Source of the DNA: Chrysomallon squamiferum
Taxonomy: Eukaryota; Animalia; Mollusca
Direction of reading: 5' to 3'
Length of the DNA: 64,000 nucleotides
Assembly (NCBI GenBank): GCA_012295275.1
Contig: CM022670.1
Coordinates: 36,084,001-36,148,000 of the forward strand
Shown piece by piece: positions 51,973-64,000 of this stretch (its first letter is position 1; each line of letters begins with the position of its first letter). The notes below the pieces were generated by a model. The model ran no database searches and was not told the DNA's origin. It worked only from the letters and a program-made list of their open reading frames with translations. The translations under genes were made by a program, and so were the position numbers.

Positions 51973-54681
51973 ATGGGATCAACAGACGACTTACAGGCAT
52001 TTTCTAATACAGTTGTAGAATTGTCCAATGAATACATTGGAAGATTTCAAACGCATGAAAATGTAACAGATTTACTGAAAACGGTAGCAAGTCAAACAGG
52101 TGGTATAGAACTATTTGAGAACGATGGTGTTCTGCGAGTGAAGGGGAGTTGGCAGTCTGTAACTAATGCTCATTCGACATTTATTAAGTTTTTACGATCC
52201 TATTCTGAAAAGGAAGCCCATGTTGAATCACGAGAAAGTTTTTTTGAACAGGACGAAAAGGTAATGCCCATGGAATCAGATGTTGAAGAAAATGTGTCTC
52301 AAAACTTAACCTCTGTTAGCGGAACGTCAGTTGAGGATGAAGTTATGGAATATTTGAACAGAAAAGCAGTTGCTAGTTATACTGTTCCAATAACTAGGAA
52401 GCGATCATTTGTAAATGGGAAACCAAATACCTTTTCCTCAGCAACGAGTATTCCTGATCCTATAGTTCTGATCAGTTCAACAGAACAAAATAGAGAATTT
52501 TCTGCAACACCTGCTGTTCAGAGTACATCAAAAAAGAAATCTATCAAAGTGCTTCGAGATCTTTATGATATTGACAAAAATTTGAAAAGTTTTAAAAAGT
52601 CACCTAATTCTCAGGGTAAAAAAAAGTCTTTAAATAATAAAAAAATAAAGACAAAAATATTTCTTAATGAGAATTCTCTGGTTCAAAATAATGAACAGGT
52701 CTTAGAGGAAAACCCTACAGAAACTAAATTAGCACATGAAGATTTAACATACTGTAATGAAGTAACAGTAAATGGCTTAACAACAGATAATGATAGTTAT
52801 TCTGGAGGTGAAGATAATACAGCAGCTATTGATTGTGTTGACAATAAGGAAGTGGAGGATGATATTACATTCAAGGATGATGACCATTTAGATCCTGACT
52901 ATAATGTTAATGAAAAAAGGCACCGTTTAAAAAGAACTAAAAGGTTGAAGAAAGAAACAGTAAATATAAACAAAATTAAAACAAGATCATCTACTAAAAA
53001 GGAAATAAAAGAATTGCAGCCTAAAAAAGGTCGAGGTAGGCAGAAAAACTCACTTTCAAAGAATGAGGAAACTTTGTCAAAATTTACAAGTACAAAGAAA
53101 AGGACTTCAGAAACTTTGGCAACAGCTCCTGATGTGAAAAAAGAAAAAAGAGAAATTGCAGGAAGGGATCATCCAAAACTAAGAGATTCCAAAAATGTTA
53201 ACAAAGAATACAGCTGCAAAGCATGTCCATATGTGACATCTAGAAAATTTCACTTGAAAGAGCATGAAAGAAGATGTCATATTACCAAAATGTTTAAATG
53301 TGAAATATGTAATAAAATATTTGGCTTTGGTAAAGATTTGAATAGACACAAGCTTACACACTTAAAACCAGAGAACTGTTGTGATATATGTGGTAAGCTG
53401 TATAAAGGTTTGAAAACTCTAGCGCAACATAAATTAACTCATGATTCAGAGTATGTGAAACCAGAATTCTCCTGTGAAGTTTGCAACAAGTCATTTAGTA
53501 CAAAATATGTATTAGCATATCATATTAAGTCTGAACATTTGGGAATGAAAAGAAGATTTATTTGCCCAACTTGTGGCAAAAGTTTTTCTCAGAAGAATTC
53601 TTACATTCAGCATGCAAATGTTCACGTGGGTTACAAACCATTCCATTGTGATATCTGTGGAAAAGCATTTTCTTACGATAAATCACTAAAAGAACACAAG
53701 TTTATGCATGATGAAAAAAAACGATTCACATGTCCTCTGTGTGGTAAAGCTTTCAGACAGTCTTCAGCTATTACTATCCATATGAAAGTACACAAAGAAA
53801 CAAAAGACTACGTCTGCAGTGCTTGTGGTAAAGGTTTCAGCCAAAAACAAGCTCTTGTACGCCATGAAAGGATCCATTTAGGAGAAAAACCATTTGTTTG
53901 TTTGTTGTGTGAGCGAACATTCACAGATTCCTCAGTTTTAAGACGACACATGATTCTCATTCACAAGAAAGACCCCAAGAAATGGAAAGAAGATACAAAA
54001 CAAAATACTGTTAGAAGAGCAGACTTTTTTATCAGTGTTATCGGAGACAACAATACAGACAGTTCAGAAAAAGATAACAATGTTCACACTGGCAGATCAG
54101 TAGAAGGTGAATATAATGTGGTTGAAGAGTCACCGGATGTAAAGCATACTATTAATTTAACGTCTTCTCCTGCAGCCACACAAGATCCACCTGTAGATCT
54201 TCTGGGTCTGGCTATAACAGTTAGCCATGATGTAGCAACTCTGCAGGCAAATCAGCAGCAGCAGCATCTGCAAACATCTGGTTTAAATATACCCGTAGAA
54301 GTCACATTAGTTAACTCCAGTCAACAGCAGTTTCAAGCCTCCACATCAATAGCTGAAATTATCCCAAAGGCCGAAATGCACATGCAGAATACTGTGATAC
54401 TTGCAGACGACCAGAACCTTTCATCAAATATTGAACATGTTGACAGTAAGGCACATTTACATCTACTGGATCAAAGAGGTGATGGGTTCATCAGTGAAAC
54501 ACATCCTTCTGTTCTGCAGTATAGTTTAGTGGGGACATCTGATTACAATTATTCAACATTTGAAACACAGGCAGCTTTTGCATCAGCATGTAACAAGGGC
54601 AACTTTCCTCAGGCACAATATGTTGTTCCTAACACAACAACAGCTAATCCTTACCAAAATTATCATGTGCCAGATGGTTAA
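51973..54681 (+). CDS. Intronless C2H2 zinc-finger protein, 902 aa, 9 tandem fingers
   Basis: Single long ORF with nine CxxC-x12-Hx3-4H fingers (~53205-53965) and linkers HVGYKPF and HLGEKPF. A basic NLS-like region precedes the fingers and a Q/S/T-rich tail follows. Confidence 0.95.
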   Translation: MGSTDDLQAFSNTVVELSNEYIGRFQTHENVTDLLKTVASQTGGIELFENDGVLRVKGSWQSVTNAHSTFIKFLRSYSEKEAHVESRESFFEQDEKVMPMESDVEENVSQNLTSVSGTSVEDEVMEYLNRKAVASYTVPITRKRSFVNGKPNTFSSATSIPDPIVLISSTEQNREFSATPAVQSTSKKKSIKVLRDLYDIDKNLKSFKKSPNSQGKKKSLNNKKIKTKIFLNENSLVQNNEQVLEENPTETKLAHEDLTYCNEVTVNGLTTDNDSYSGGEDNTAAIDCVDNKEVEDDITFKDDDHLDPDYNVNEKRHRLKRTKRLKKETVNINKIKTRSSTKKEIKELQPKKGRGRQKNSLSKNEETLSKFTSTKKRTSETLATAPDVKKEKREIAGRDHPKLRDSKNVNKEYSCKACPYVTSRKFHLKEHERRCHITKMFKCEICNKIFGFGKDLNRHKLTHLKPENCCDICGKLYKGLKTLAQHKLTHDSEYVKPEFSCEVCNKSFSTKYVLAYHIKSEHLGMKRRFICPTCGKSFSQKNSYIQHANVHVGYKPFHCDICGKAFSYDKSLKEHKFMHDEKKRFTCPLCGKAFRQSSAITIHMKVHKETKDYVCSACGKGFSQKQALVRHERIHLGEKPFVCLLCERTFTDSSVLRRHMILIHKKDPKKWKEDTKQNTVRRADFFISVIGDNNTDSSEKDNNVHTGRSVEGEYNVVEESPDVKHTINLTSSPAATQDPPVDLLGLAITVSHDVATLQANQQQQHLQTSGLNIPVEVTLVNSSQQQFQASTSIAEIIPKAEMHMQNTVILADDQNLSSNIEHVDSKAHLHLLDQRGDGFISETHPSVLQYSLVGTSDYNYSTFETQAAFASACNKGNFPQAQYVVPNTTTANPYQNYHVPDG

Positions 54682-57519
54682 TTGTTTGAAGCACTTAAAA
54701 AAATATATATAATATAGAGCTGAATTGTGTAATTTTTATAAATATTATTTATATATAATTGAAATTGTATATTGAGTTTTTGTTGTGTTTTTTTTTTTTT
54801 TTTTTTTTTTTTGTGTTTTCTTTTCTTTTTTTTTAAATAGGAAACCCAGTGTATCCTTTTTTATCAACTTGCATTAAAAGGAATTTAAAAAAAGAAAAAG
54901 AAAAGAAAAACGAGTCCTCTATGGTTAATGATGTTGATAAATTTATAAGAGTTTGGATTTTACAGAAGTGAAAATGATATTTATTACTTGTTTCAGATTT
55001 TTCTCATCTGTAAACAACTGGTGCCATTTTGTTATAAGGCCAGCTAACTTATACCCTTATAATTGACATCTGCTTTGTTTACTTAAAATATTCATTACAT
55101 TGAATAACCTGGACATTTTGATTATATATATAATTACAACATATATATATTGTGTTATATTACAGATTAATCTAAGTTGGAAAAACCAACCTCTCTTGTT
55201 TAGTTTATATACATTTTTGTTATCTGAAGATTCAGTTTGTTGGTAAAATTATGTAAGTTCAGTATGCAAAGTATATTAAACATCAATGTTTAGTAAATAT
55301 ATGGAATTGATTCACATTGTAATTATTAAAAGCTAATTTATTACAATTGATTTTTTTTATTATTCTTTATTATAACAGAATATCAAGGTGTACGATTTAG
55401 ATTATAAAACCACAGTCATACTGCTTTTGAACAGAATATCACAAATTCATGTTACATTTTAATGAAAGTAGCTGAATTTGTTTTTCAAAAAGTGCATTTT
55501 CATGTATTTGTGCATAATTTTGCTAAATTACTAATTAATAAAGTGCATATTAATTTTACTAATTTTTTTTATATATGTATGTATGTATGTATGTATGTAC
55601 TTTTAATCCATATGCTAATGGAAAGAAAGCTGAATCATTTTTTTTTTATCTTTTTCTCTCATTTTTAATTTTATTGATAGGAACAGTGAAATTAATATTA
55701 ACAGTAAAAACACACCCAAAAAAACTGTCCTGGAAACATTACCATTTAAATCGTCAATAACAGAGAAATTTCAAGAAGCCACAATAAAGTTTTTAAGTTT
55801 TTGTTTTTAGACTTCAAAAAAAAAAAAAAAAAAAAAAAAATTAAAAATACAACTGAGAAAACATTTAAATTAATAAGTATTACATTTTCCAGTAAGTATC
55901 TTTGATTTCTGTACAGTATCTGAATGTTGATGATATCTAATTAATAATGTTATAATGAGCTTTTTTAACAGTTTTAGATGGGAGAAAGGCTTTCCCTTTT
56001 TATTTCACTGAAAGTACACTTCATAACAAATATATCTGTGCTTAAATGAAGTGATTGTTGTTTTTCTTTTATTTGTTAAATATTCCAATTGTCTTTATTT
56101 GAATTCAGCTCTTGAACCTTGGCATTAATGTTTACAGAATAATTTACTTTTTAAATTCACTTTATTTTGATCATGTTTTGTTTTGCGAGAACGTTTCTGT
56201 TGATTTGTTTATGGCATCTATGAATGGATATCCAAATAGATATGAACACCTAGTAAACTGTTGCTGAACATTAAAAAGTACCAGAATATGCATATTTTAT
56301 GACTGCAGTAATCATGTATTTCATTCAGATTTTACATTAATTTCAAATTTTATTTTATTTTTATACTGTCTTTGACACTTAAAGTTATATAGTTTGATGA
56401 CTTCTTTTTTTTGTCTTAAAACTGTTGTGATAATTATAAAATAATTTCCAATTTTGTCCAAGAATCATGAATTCCACTATATTAATTCTACTTAACATAA
56501 TATTGACAAGCAATGTATTAATTCCACCGATATTAGGATTTAATTGCAACTGCTTTCTGATATTTCCTCAAAAAAAATATTGACCCATTATATATTGTTT
56601 TTATTAAAGACTTAACGATTACATCATCATTTTTTTTTTTTTTTTTTTTTTTTTGGAAGGGAGGTGAATGGAGAATGGTGAATTTATTGGAATCATTCAA
56701 TCTCAGAAATATTTAAGTGAGAGAATTAGGAAAAGTGAAATAATAAGGCCAAATGATTTCCATATTATTATTATTATGAACTTTTTATTAATAATAAATA
56801 GCCAAATGTAGTATAAAACTATTTTTATCATTTAATTGTTAAAATACACAGTATTACCATACTTAATTTTATAAACTGCTTCCTGACTGGAAATGACATC
56901 AACGGCCATTTCAGTTTTAGAAACTGTTTGTTATACAATAATACGTGTATAAGCTGTGATTATAACAAGTGCTTACCATTCAGGATCAGTTATAAATTGT
57001 CTATCTGTTCCTCAGTTTTATTAATTAACATTGTATGTCTGTTTATTTTACTTTCAATAAACTGCTAAATTTGTAATATCTTTGTGTATTATTCAATTCT
57101 GTGATCTGTATCAAGTTGAAATATTTATAACGGTTGTATCCCAATGAAGATAGTATTTCATTAGTTTAGTTTTATTGAGATCTTATCTTTAAAATATATA
57201 GATAGTAATTCTGAAAAAAAAGTTTTTTGATATACAGCTTTTAATTAGCTTGTTAAGAAGATGTAGAGCATAATTTTATAAGAGTTATGATAATCTTGAT
57301 TTTTTAAAAATATTTATTTTTTGTTTAAGAATTTGTACAAAATTAATGTACATACATCCAAATGAATTCCATGAATATACACACCATATTTATATATAAA
57401 AGAAGGAAAATGACAAAAGAAAAGAATAGTGTCATTAATTTTATTTCTTTACTTTATGAAAATATTCCCATATTATTATCTTTTGATAATTGTCAATAAC
57501 GGAAGTGTAAAAGGAATCT

Positions 57520-59431
57520 TCATACATGTTTCTCCAGCACAACACACCAGTTTCCCTGATCATAGTAACTTGTAACAACTCTGCACTGCTCTACTGACTG
57601 ACATAACTCTTCCAGTTCTCCTTCTCTGAAAACATGATAAAACCTGTGAAAGGTGGAACCTAATTTAGTGTCAGAATGATTTCCTTTCAGCTGCCATGGA
57701 ACGAGCATGTCCTGTTGCTTGAATGGTGTCCTGTTGACATGAACCGGAAGTTTACCAATACAACTTTGTACAGTCGTCTTGTTTGTTTCGGTTTTTCTGT
57801 TTTGATTATCTGTCAGTTTTACATCTACGACATCTTTTTCTGAAGATAAATTATTTGAATAAAGGTCTTCAACTGAACTATTAATGTTCTGATTTGGGCA
57901 ATTTTCTGTTGAATCGTTGTCACCGAGATTTGATGCATTCATGCCATGTGACAAACATTGTCTGTTGTTTGTTTTCTGAGCATCCTTTTGGTGTTGACTG
58001 AAACTGTTTTTATATTTATCGACTTCAGACAAGCTCTGTGACTGACATGGATTTTGCTGATGCATAGAAGAAGCACAGGCCAAATTTTCATTGTTTTCAT
58101 TTTCTGCCACTTCATGCAGATACCTGAGGTAATTAATACTGTGTTGTTTAGCAGGGTTATTTGTTTTTACCTGTTCATTTTGTGTACATAATGTACTGTT
58201 AGAAGCCAGTTCACTTGATGGCATTTTTTCTGTTTCTGTTGTCTTTTTACTGTTAAATTTTTCATCACAGACTACCGTTTCCACTATTTCTGCACTGGAT
58301 TCATTTTGATTTTCATCACGAAATTCTTTGTTTTTCTTGTCAGTTTCTATTTTGGAATCTTTGAGATATTTTGATTTGACTTTGTTAATTTTCTGTTCCA
58401 GAGCCCAGACATAGATGAGAACACGTCCACCATCACAAAGGATGCGAACTAGTTCAGAAACAGCTTTCTTTCTTCTTTCCTGAAATAAATATATTCCATC
58501 ATTTAGATCAACATCTTTTGGTCATTATCAATGCATTATTTAATATTAGTGAATATCATTATTTAATATTAGTAAAAGAATTTGAATATTTATCTGCTGC
58601 ATCAGAAACAGTTAAATAAATGCAAACCTGAGTTGACAGATGGTGAATAACCGCTATGCAGAGGCAGACATCAAATGTGTTGGATCTGAGAGGTAGAGAA
58701 AGGATGTCTGCTACAAACACCTGGTACTGACGTTCCTGACAAATTGAAGATAAACTGGAACTTCGGTCAGACCCAATCTACAATATGAAACAGCTAATAT
58801 TCATTATCTTCCTGAGAGGTTTAAAAATCATTTACTAAAAACAAGAACAACAACACATTCTTTGAGTGCTAATGATTTAAACTAGTACAATATTATAAGA
58901 AATGCTTATTATGCTTATTAGGAATGCATAGATGTTGAAGGGGAACATTTTTTTTATAAATGTAAATGACAAACAAACCTACAAACAATTTTTTTTTATT
59001 TAACCATATGTTTTATAATGATAATGATACATATCTCCCCAGATTTAAATAAAACTGACAAATTATTAAATTTCTGAACGTTTAATAAATGCATAACAAA
59101 TAAATAAACTGAAAAATCATTAAAGAAGATGGTGATTGTTTCTATTAATATCAGTAACAACTATTTTTATAATGCTAGCTATGATAATACTACTTCAACA
59201 GATATGTGCTTATTTCAGATATAGGTTTTGAAGAAAAATTTATTTTGAAAATTTGTAAAATAAAAATAAACTTACTGCAAAAATAGATTTGTTGAGTCCT
59301 AAATATTTTCCATTGCCACAGCCAATGTCTGCCATAAGAGAACCAACTGGCACTGATGTTACAAAGTCTGCAACACGAGGCCAAGCTTTGTATCGTGTTC
59401 CACTGAAGTGACCTGCTATTTCATCATACAC
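57520..59431 (-). CDS. ALKBH8: ALKBH8 tRNA wobble-uridine methyltransferase, C-terminal Trm9-like domain; last three exons 59276-59431, 58628-58777, 57520-58479; 5' exons lie outside the window
   Basis: [18 protein letters not shown] motif [65 protein letters not shown] and [13 protein letters not shown]. The [13 protein letters not shown] and DQGNW motifs favour ALKBH8 over TRMT9B. Confidence 0.9.
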
Positions 59432-59679
59432 CTAGAAGAAAAAGATTTTTACAAACAATAATAATATTAATAAACAATAGAGGCAAAATATTAACAATAA
59501 TCACAGTTACAATACTTTGTTTTCATATTTTTTTGTTCCCCGTTTTATTAGATCATGACTTAATAAATATAAAATATTTGCTATCCTCCTTTTAATTTTC
59601 ATCAAAATTTTAAAATAAAGTTATTTCCAAACAATGAATTAAATAAATAAAACAAGAGAAAACATAATACAATTACAAT

Positions 59680-59720
<41 letters not shown>

Positions 59721-62700
59721 CAGTTATATCATCTAAAATAATTAAACAAGCAAAATAATTATAATAAACAATGTAGGCAATAATATTAACAACTAATAAA
59801 TAACACAGGCAAAATAATAGTAGCAATCAGCATTGCTAATATATGAACAATTTACTGATGAAATTATTTTTGGGATCATTTCTTCTAAATGTAGCTATTT
59901 TCTATGACAGCCAGAGCCCCAAGCAATCATTTATACTCCTGGTCAGTTTCTCAAAGACTGTGTGAAAGTACATATAAAAGACCTTCCATAAAGTGATTGC
60001 AGCAGGTTTCTTTTCATCATTAAACAAAAAACATATCTTATGTGACATAATGATCTATAACATTAAAATCAATCAAAGTATGGTTAAACAATTTTTGGGG
60101 GTTTTTTGTTCTTTATTTTTTTTATTTTTTTTATTATTTTTTTTTTAAATTTAATTTATTACATTTTGTTTTTAAAATTCTGAAGAAAATTAGAATTTAA
60201 AGAAAGGATAGTAAATATGTTTTTATTTATTTATTTATTTATTTATTTTTTTTTAATTTGTTTTGTTTTGTTTTGTTTTATTTATTTAATTCATAGTTCG
60301 GAAATAATCTTATTTTAAAATTTTGTCAAAAATTAGAATTTAAAGGAGGATAGTAAATATATTGCATATTTATTAAGTCATGATCTGATTAAAATACAAC
60401 ATAAAAAAATATCAGAACAAAGCATAACAAAATGGAGACAAATTCAGAGTTTCACCCACTTTAAAAGAGATATGCACTATACAAATAACATTACAATATA
60501 TACAAAAAAACAACACAAAACAAGTATAATTCAGTTTTATTATAAATCCATTCAAGTAATGAAGATTTAAACATAAAATTTAAAATAATAAAAGTAAATT
60601 AAGTATCCTTAGAATCATAGTTTTTAAATCTACATAATATTCATTATTTTAATTTTTTTTTCAAATATATATATTTTGCAAACTGCTGTATAAATACATT
60701 TATATGAAATTCATTTTTTTTAATTTTTTTTTTTTTTATCAATATTCGATTTCAGACATTAAATTTTAAAATTATTCCTAATTTATTTTTGCTGAGAGAG
60801 AAAGAAAATGCTTAAAAGGGAATTAAAATGTCTACTGAAGAGCTAATTGTAATCTGATAGTCTTGAATCAATGTTACCAGATTAATAAGAAAAAAACTTT
60901 TAGCAGTTAAAGATAAAGTCAATTACTTAGTAGGTGTTAAAAGGTTTTAAAACATTTAAAAACAGAAAGTTAAGGTTACTTTAGTGGTGTCAGATTACAA
61001 TAATCCTTTAACTAAATGTGTGTACTATGGCTACTAACTTTCAGGTAACAATAACAAAAAACCCACAAAATCTTTGCCTTAAATGGATACTTCTGTTTTG
61101 TTCTGAGTAAGATATAAAAGCAACCTGTAAAATTAAGTGAGTGGACTAAGAAAGTTCTTTGCTCACAGCAGATGAAATGTTCTTGTAAGTAATCCTATTT
61201 CTTACTACTAACACATTATCAGAATGTTAATCAAAGTAATTTTTTTTTAGTTTAATCATGAAACTATCTATAAAATAATTCTGTAAATATCATATAGAAT
61301 ATCATTCAGTTTATTACATATAATATTAATTATTATTATTATTATTATTATTATTATTTGTTAAATAAACCTGAGAAGTATTATTTTTTGGCTTTCAATA
61401 ACAAACAAATGTTAATTTTAATTTAAGCTTTCCACAGATTATATGTTTCGATGCTTGTCAAACATTTTCTGTAATATGTCTAGAATAAATGATAATCCAG
61501 GCATTACAATGGACTGATTCTTAGAGAGTGCAGAAACAGTCAAAATCCTGATAACTAGGTCTAGCTGTCACTCAAGGTACTCAACAGTTTAAAACAAAGA
61601 AAAATAAAATATATTTGAAAACTTTTAATATATTCTTGGTATTTTCTGTGTGCTAGCTAGAATGGATTCTAGCACCAGCAAATGCTGAGAATGATAAAAG
61701 TTAAATAATCACAAATTTTTTAAACAGAAGAGAAATTAAATGGATTGCAATCTTGGTTTTACAACTACAAGTAATACAGTATGATTACTACTGTATTTAT
61801 TAATTTATTACTACTAATCTATTACTACTGCTATTACTGCAATTATAACTATTATTGTATTACTACTACTACCACTGTTATTTCTACTATTAGTACTACT
61901 ACAATATTACTACTGCTACTACAAGACAAAACAATACTGCAGACAAAAGTTTATACAAAAACATGTTTTATTCCTGTTATTTACTAAGTGCTTGCCAAAC
62001 TGAAAAGCTAGCACTAGCAAATGCAAGGCATTATCACTTGTACAAACAACAAGAACAGAGCAATCAGTATTTTATGTCTGTATAGAGGAATAAAACAAAG
62101 ACTGGAGTATACAATGTGTATGTGTGTGCATGTGCATGTGTGTGTTTGTGCACAAGTTATTTCCAAATGCATATGTATGTGTGAAATTGTGTAAATTTGC
62201 TATTCGTATGTCTTTACAGTTCTCCTGTTAATGTTAAGAGGAAGCTATTGATAAAAAATAAAAAAATAAAAAATATCTGACATTGATCAACATTTGCAAT
62301 TTTATATTTCAGTAAAGTCCATTTGTTGCCAGAGAACCATTGTAATTTGATAAATATGTTGAATATATTTGTTTCAGTTAAAATGTAATCAATAAATGAA
62401 TGTAATTATGCTTTCATTGCAGACAACAAAAAGAAAAAGGAAACAGTTTACAGACTACAAAAACATATTGTTAAAAGGAAAACCTGTTGAGATATCAGTA
62501 ATAAATTTCATGAAATAAATAAAAATCAGAATCAAATATATTTTGTTGTTATTCTTTTAAAATTCCAGTCAAAATTTCTAAATTTCCAGTCAAAGTAATA
62601 CACATCATTAAGATAAATAGGAAAAAAAAAAAAAAAAATTCAGTTATTTATTCACTCATTCTTTCATTCATTCATTCTTTTCTACTGTATTTTGTTTTAT

Positions 62701-63602
62701 TTCTATAATTTCTTTCTTTCTTTCTTTCTTTAATTTCTTTCTTTCTTTCTTTCTTTATTTGTTATCAAAATTATTAATTACTATTTCTTTTAAAATTAAA
62801 AAAACATTTTCTTTATTTTAATTTCAAAAGTTATGAGGGTTCTCCAGCAGCAGCAGCAACAACTACAACTACAACTACAACTACTACTACTACTATTTCT
62901 ATTATTATTGCTGTGCTTGCTGTTGTTGATTACCATGGTTTATCTATTTTCAAACCAGTTTTAAAAAAGAAAAAAAAATGTATAGTGGAGTATTTTATTT
63001 GATAAAAATAAACAAATAAATAATTTTATGGAGAAATCAGTTTTCCAACAATTATTCCTGCATTATATATCTTCATTACCAATTTCCTAAATGTAGTAAA
63101 TTAGTTGCAAAACATTCAGTTTTGAAATAAATATCTTTTTGGAAAATATATAAATTATGTATTTCTCTTGACTATAAAGTTGTTTTTAATGTGATATATT
63201 TAAAAAAAAAAAATAATTATTGCTTATATTAAATTTATTTTTTTATGAAATCATGCATCAATTAGAATCTGTAAGGTAATGAACAAATATATATTTTTGT
63301 TTATTTATTTTATTTTATTTTATTTTATTTTTTTTTTATTTTTTTTTTTTATTTTATTTTATTTTATTTTATTTTATTTTATTCAACTCCTGTCCAACTA
63401 TATGATCAAGAAGACAAAACACCATAAGAAGAAAAAAAAAAATATATATATCAGGTTATTATTTATAATATTTATCAAAACAAAAAGGAAAAAGAAAAAG
63501 AAAATCAAATAGTAAGAAAACACACTTGATATTTACTAATAGTAATCAGTTCATTTTGCAGACAATAATAAAAACACAAACAAAGAAGTTAACATTCCCA
63601 AC

Positions 63603-63603
<1 letters not shown>

Positions 63604-63640
<37 letters not shown>
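63604..63640. repeat. (CA)n microsatellite
   Basis: Directly visible dinucleotide run. Confidence 0.9.
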
Positions 63641-63646
<6 letters not shown>

Positions 63647-64000
63647 CTTATTTTTATTTTTTTATTTAATCAGATAAAGTATAATACATTTTTCAAATGT
63701 GAGTTTTTCTGTGAATATCAGGATCATATTCATGTACCAAAATAAATAATGTTTAGGACTGTAATAAGTATGAGTGTGTGTGTGTGTGTGTGCACAGAAA
63801 CATAATAGTAGTGAAATTCTTTTCACTTGTCTTGTTATGAACACAATAAATCCAAGGTAACAGCTTTTAAACTTTCTACAAATTTCACATTTCTTGTTCA
63901 AAATGAAAATGAAAGATTAATTAAAACCATCTTCCAAATAAAACAATGTAAAGAAAGTAAAAAAAAAATATCCAGCATTATCTGAATTCATTTTAAATTT

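Noticed and set aside
59435-64000. Short ORFs rich in I, L, F, Y, T or K
   Set aside because: They come from microsatellites and A/T runs in the ALKBH8 intron. I found no AlkB or RRM exon here.

Overview
Eukaryotic, very AT-rich, intron-dense animal genomic DNA. A mollusc or other lophotrochozoan is my guess from composition and gene style, not a demonstrated assignment. I rebuilt five protein-coding genes by hand from GT-AG splice sites and reading-frame phase: beta-sarcoglycan (minus, 7 exons, about 315 aa), TMEM131 (minus, about 38 exons, about 1,890 aa), an ELMOD1/2-type Arf-family GAP (plus, 7 exons, 312 aa, head-to-head with TMEM131), an intronless 9-finger C2H2 zinc-finger gene (plus, 902 aa) and the last three exons of ALKBH8 (minus, continuing past the window end). 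Two non-autonomous DNA transposons have clear ends: a Tc1/mariner-type MITE with a TA duplication, sitting beside its own empty site, and a hAT/Charlie-type element with an 8-bp duplication that carries a ~39-bp minisatellite with a 199-bp higher-order period. The least explained signals are three hand-folded, G-U-containing RNA hairpins on the TMEM131 sense strand, several conserved-miRNA 8mer sites in its long 3' region, and a compact unannotated N-terminal domain on the zinc-finger protein. I found no CRISPR array, tRNA or rRNA, and I cannot establish a new biological system from sequence alone.
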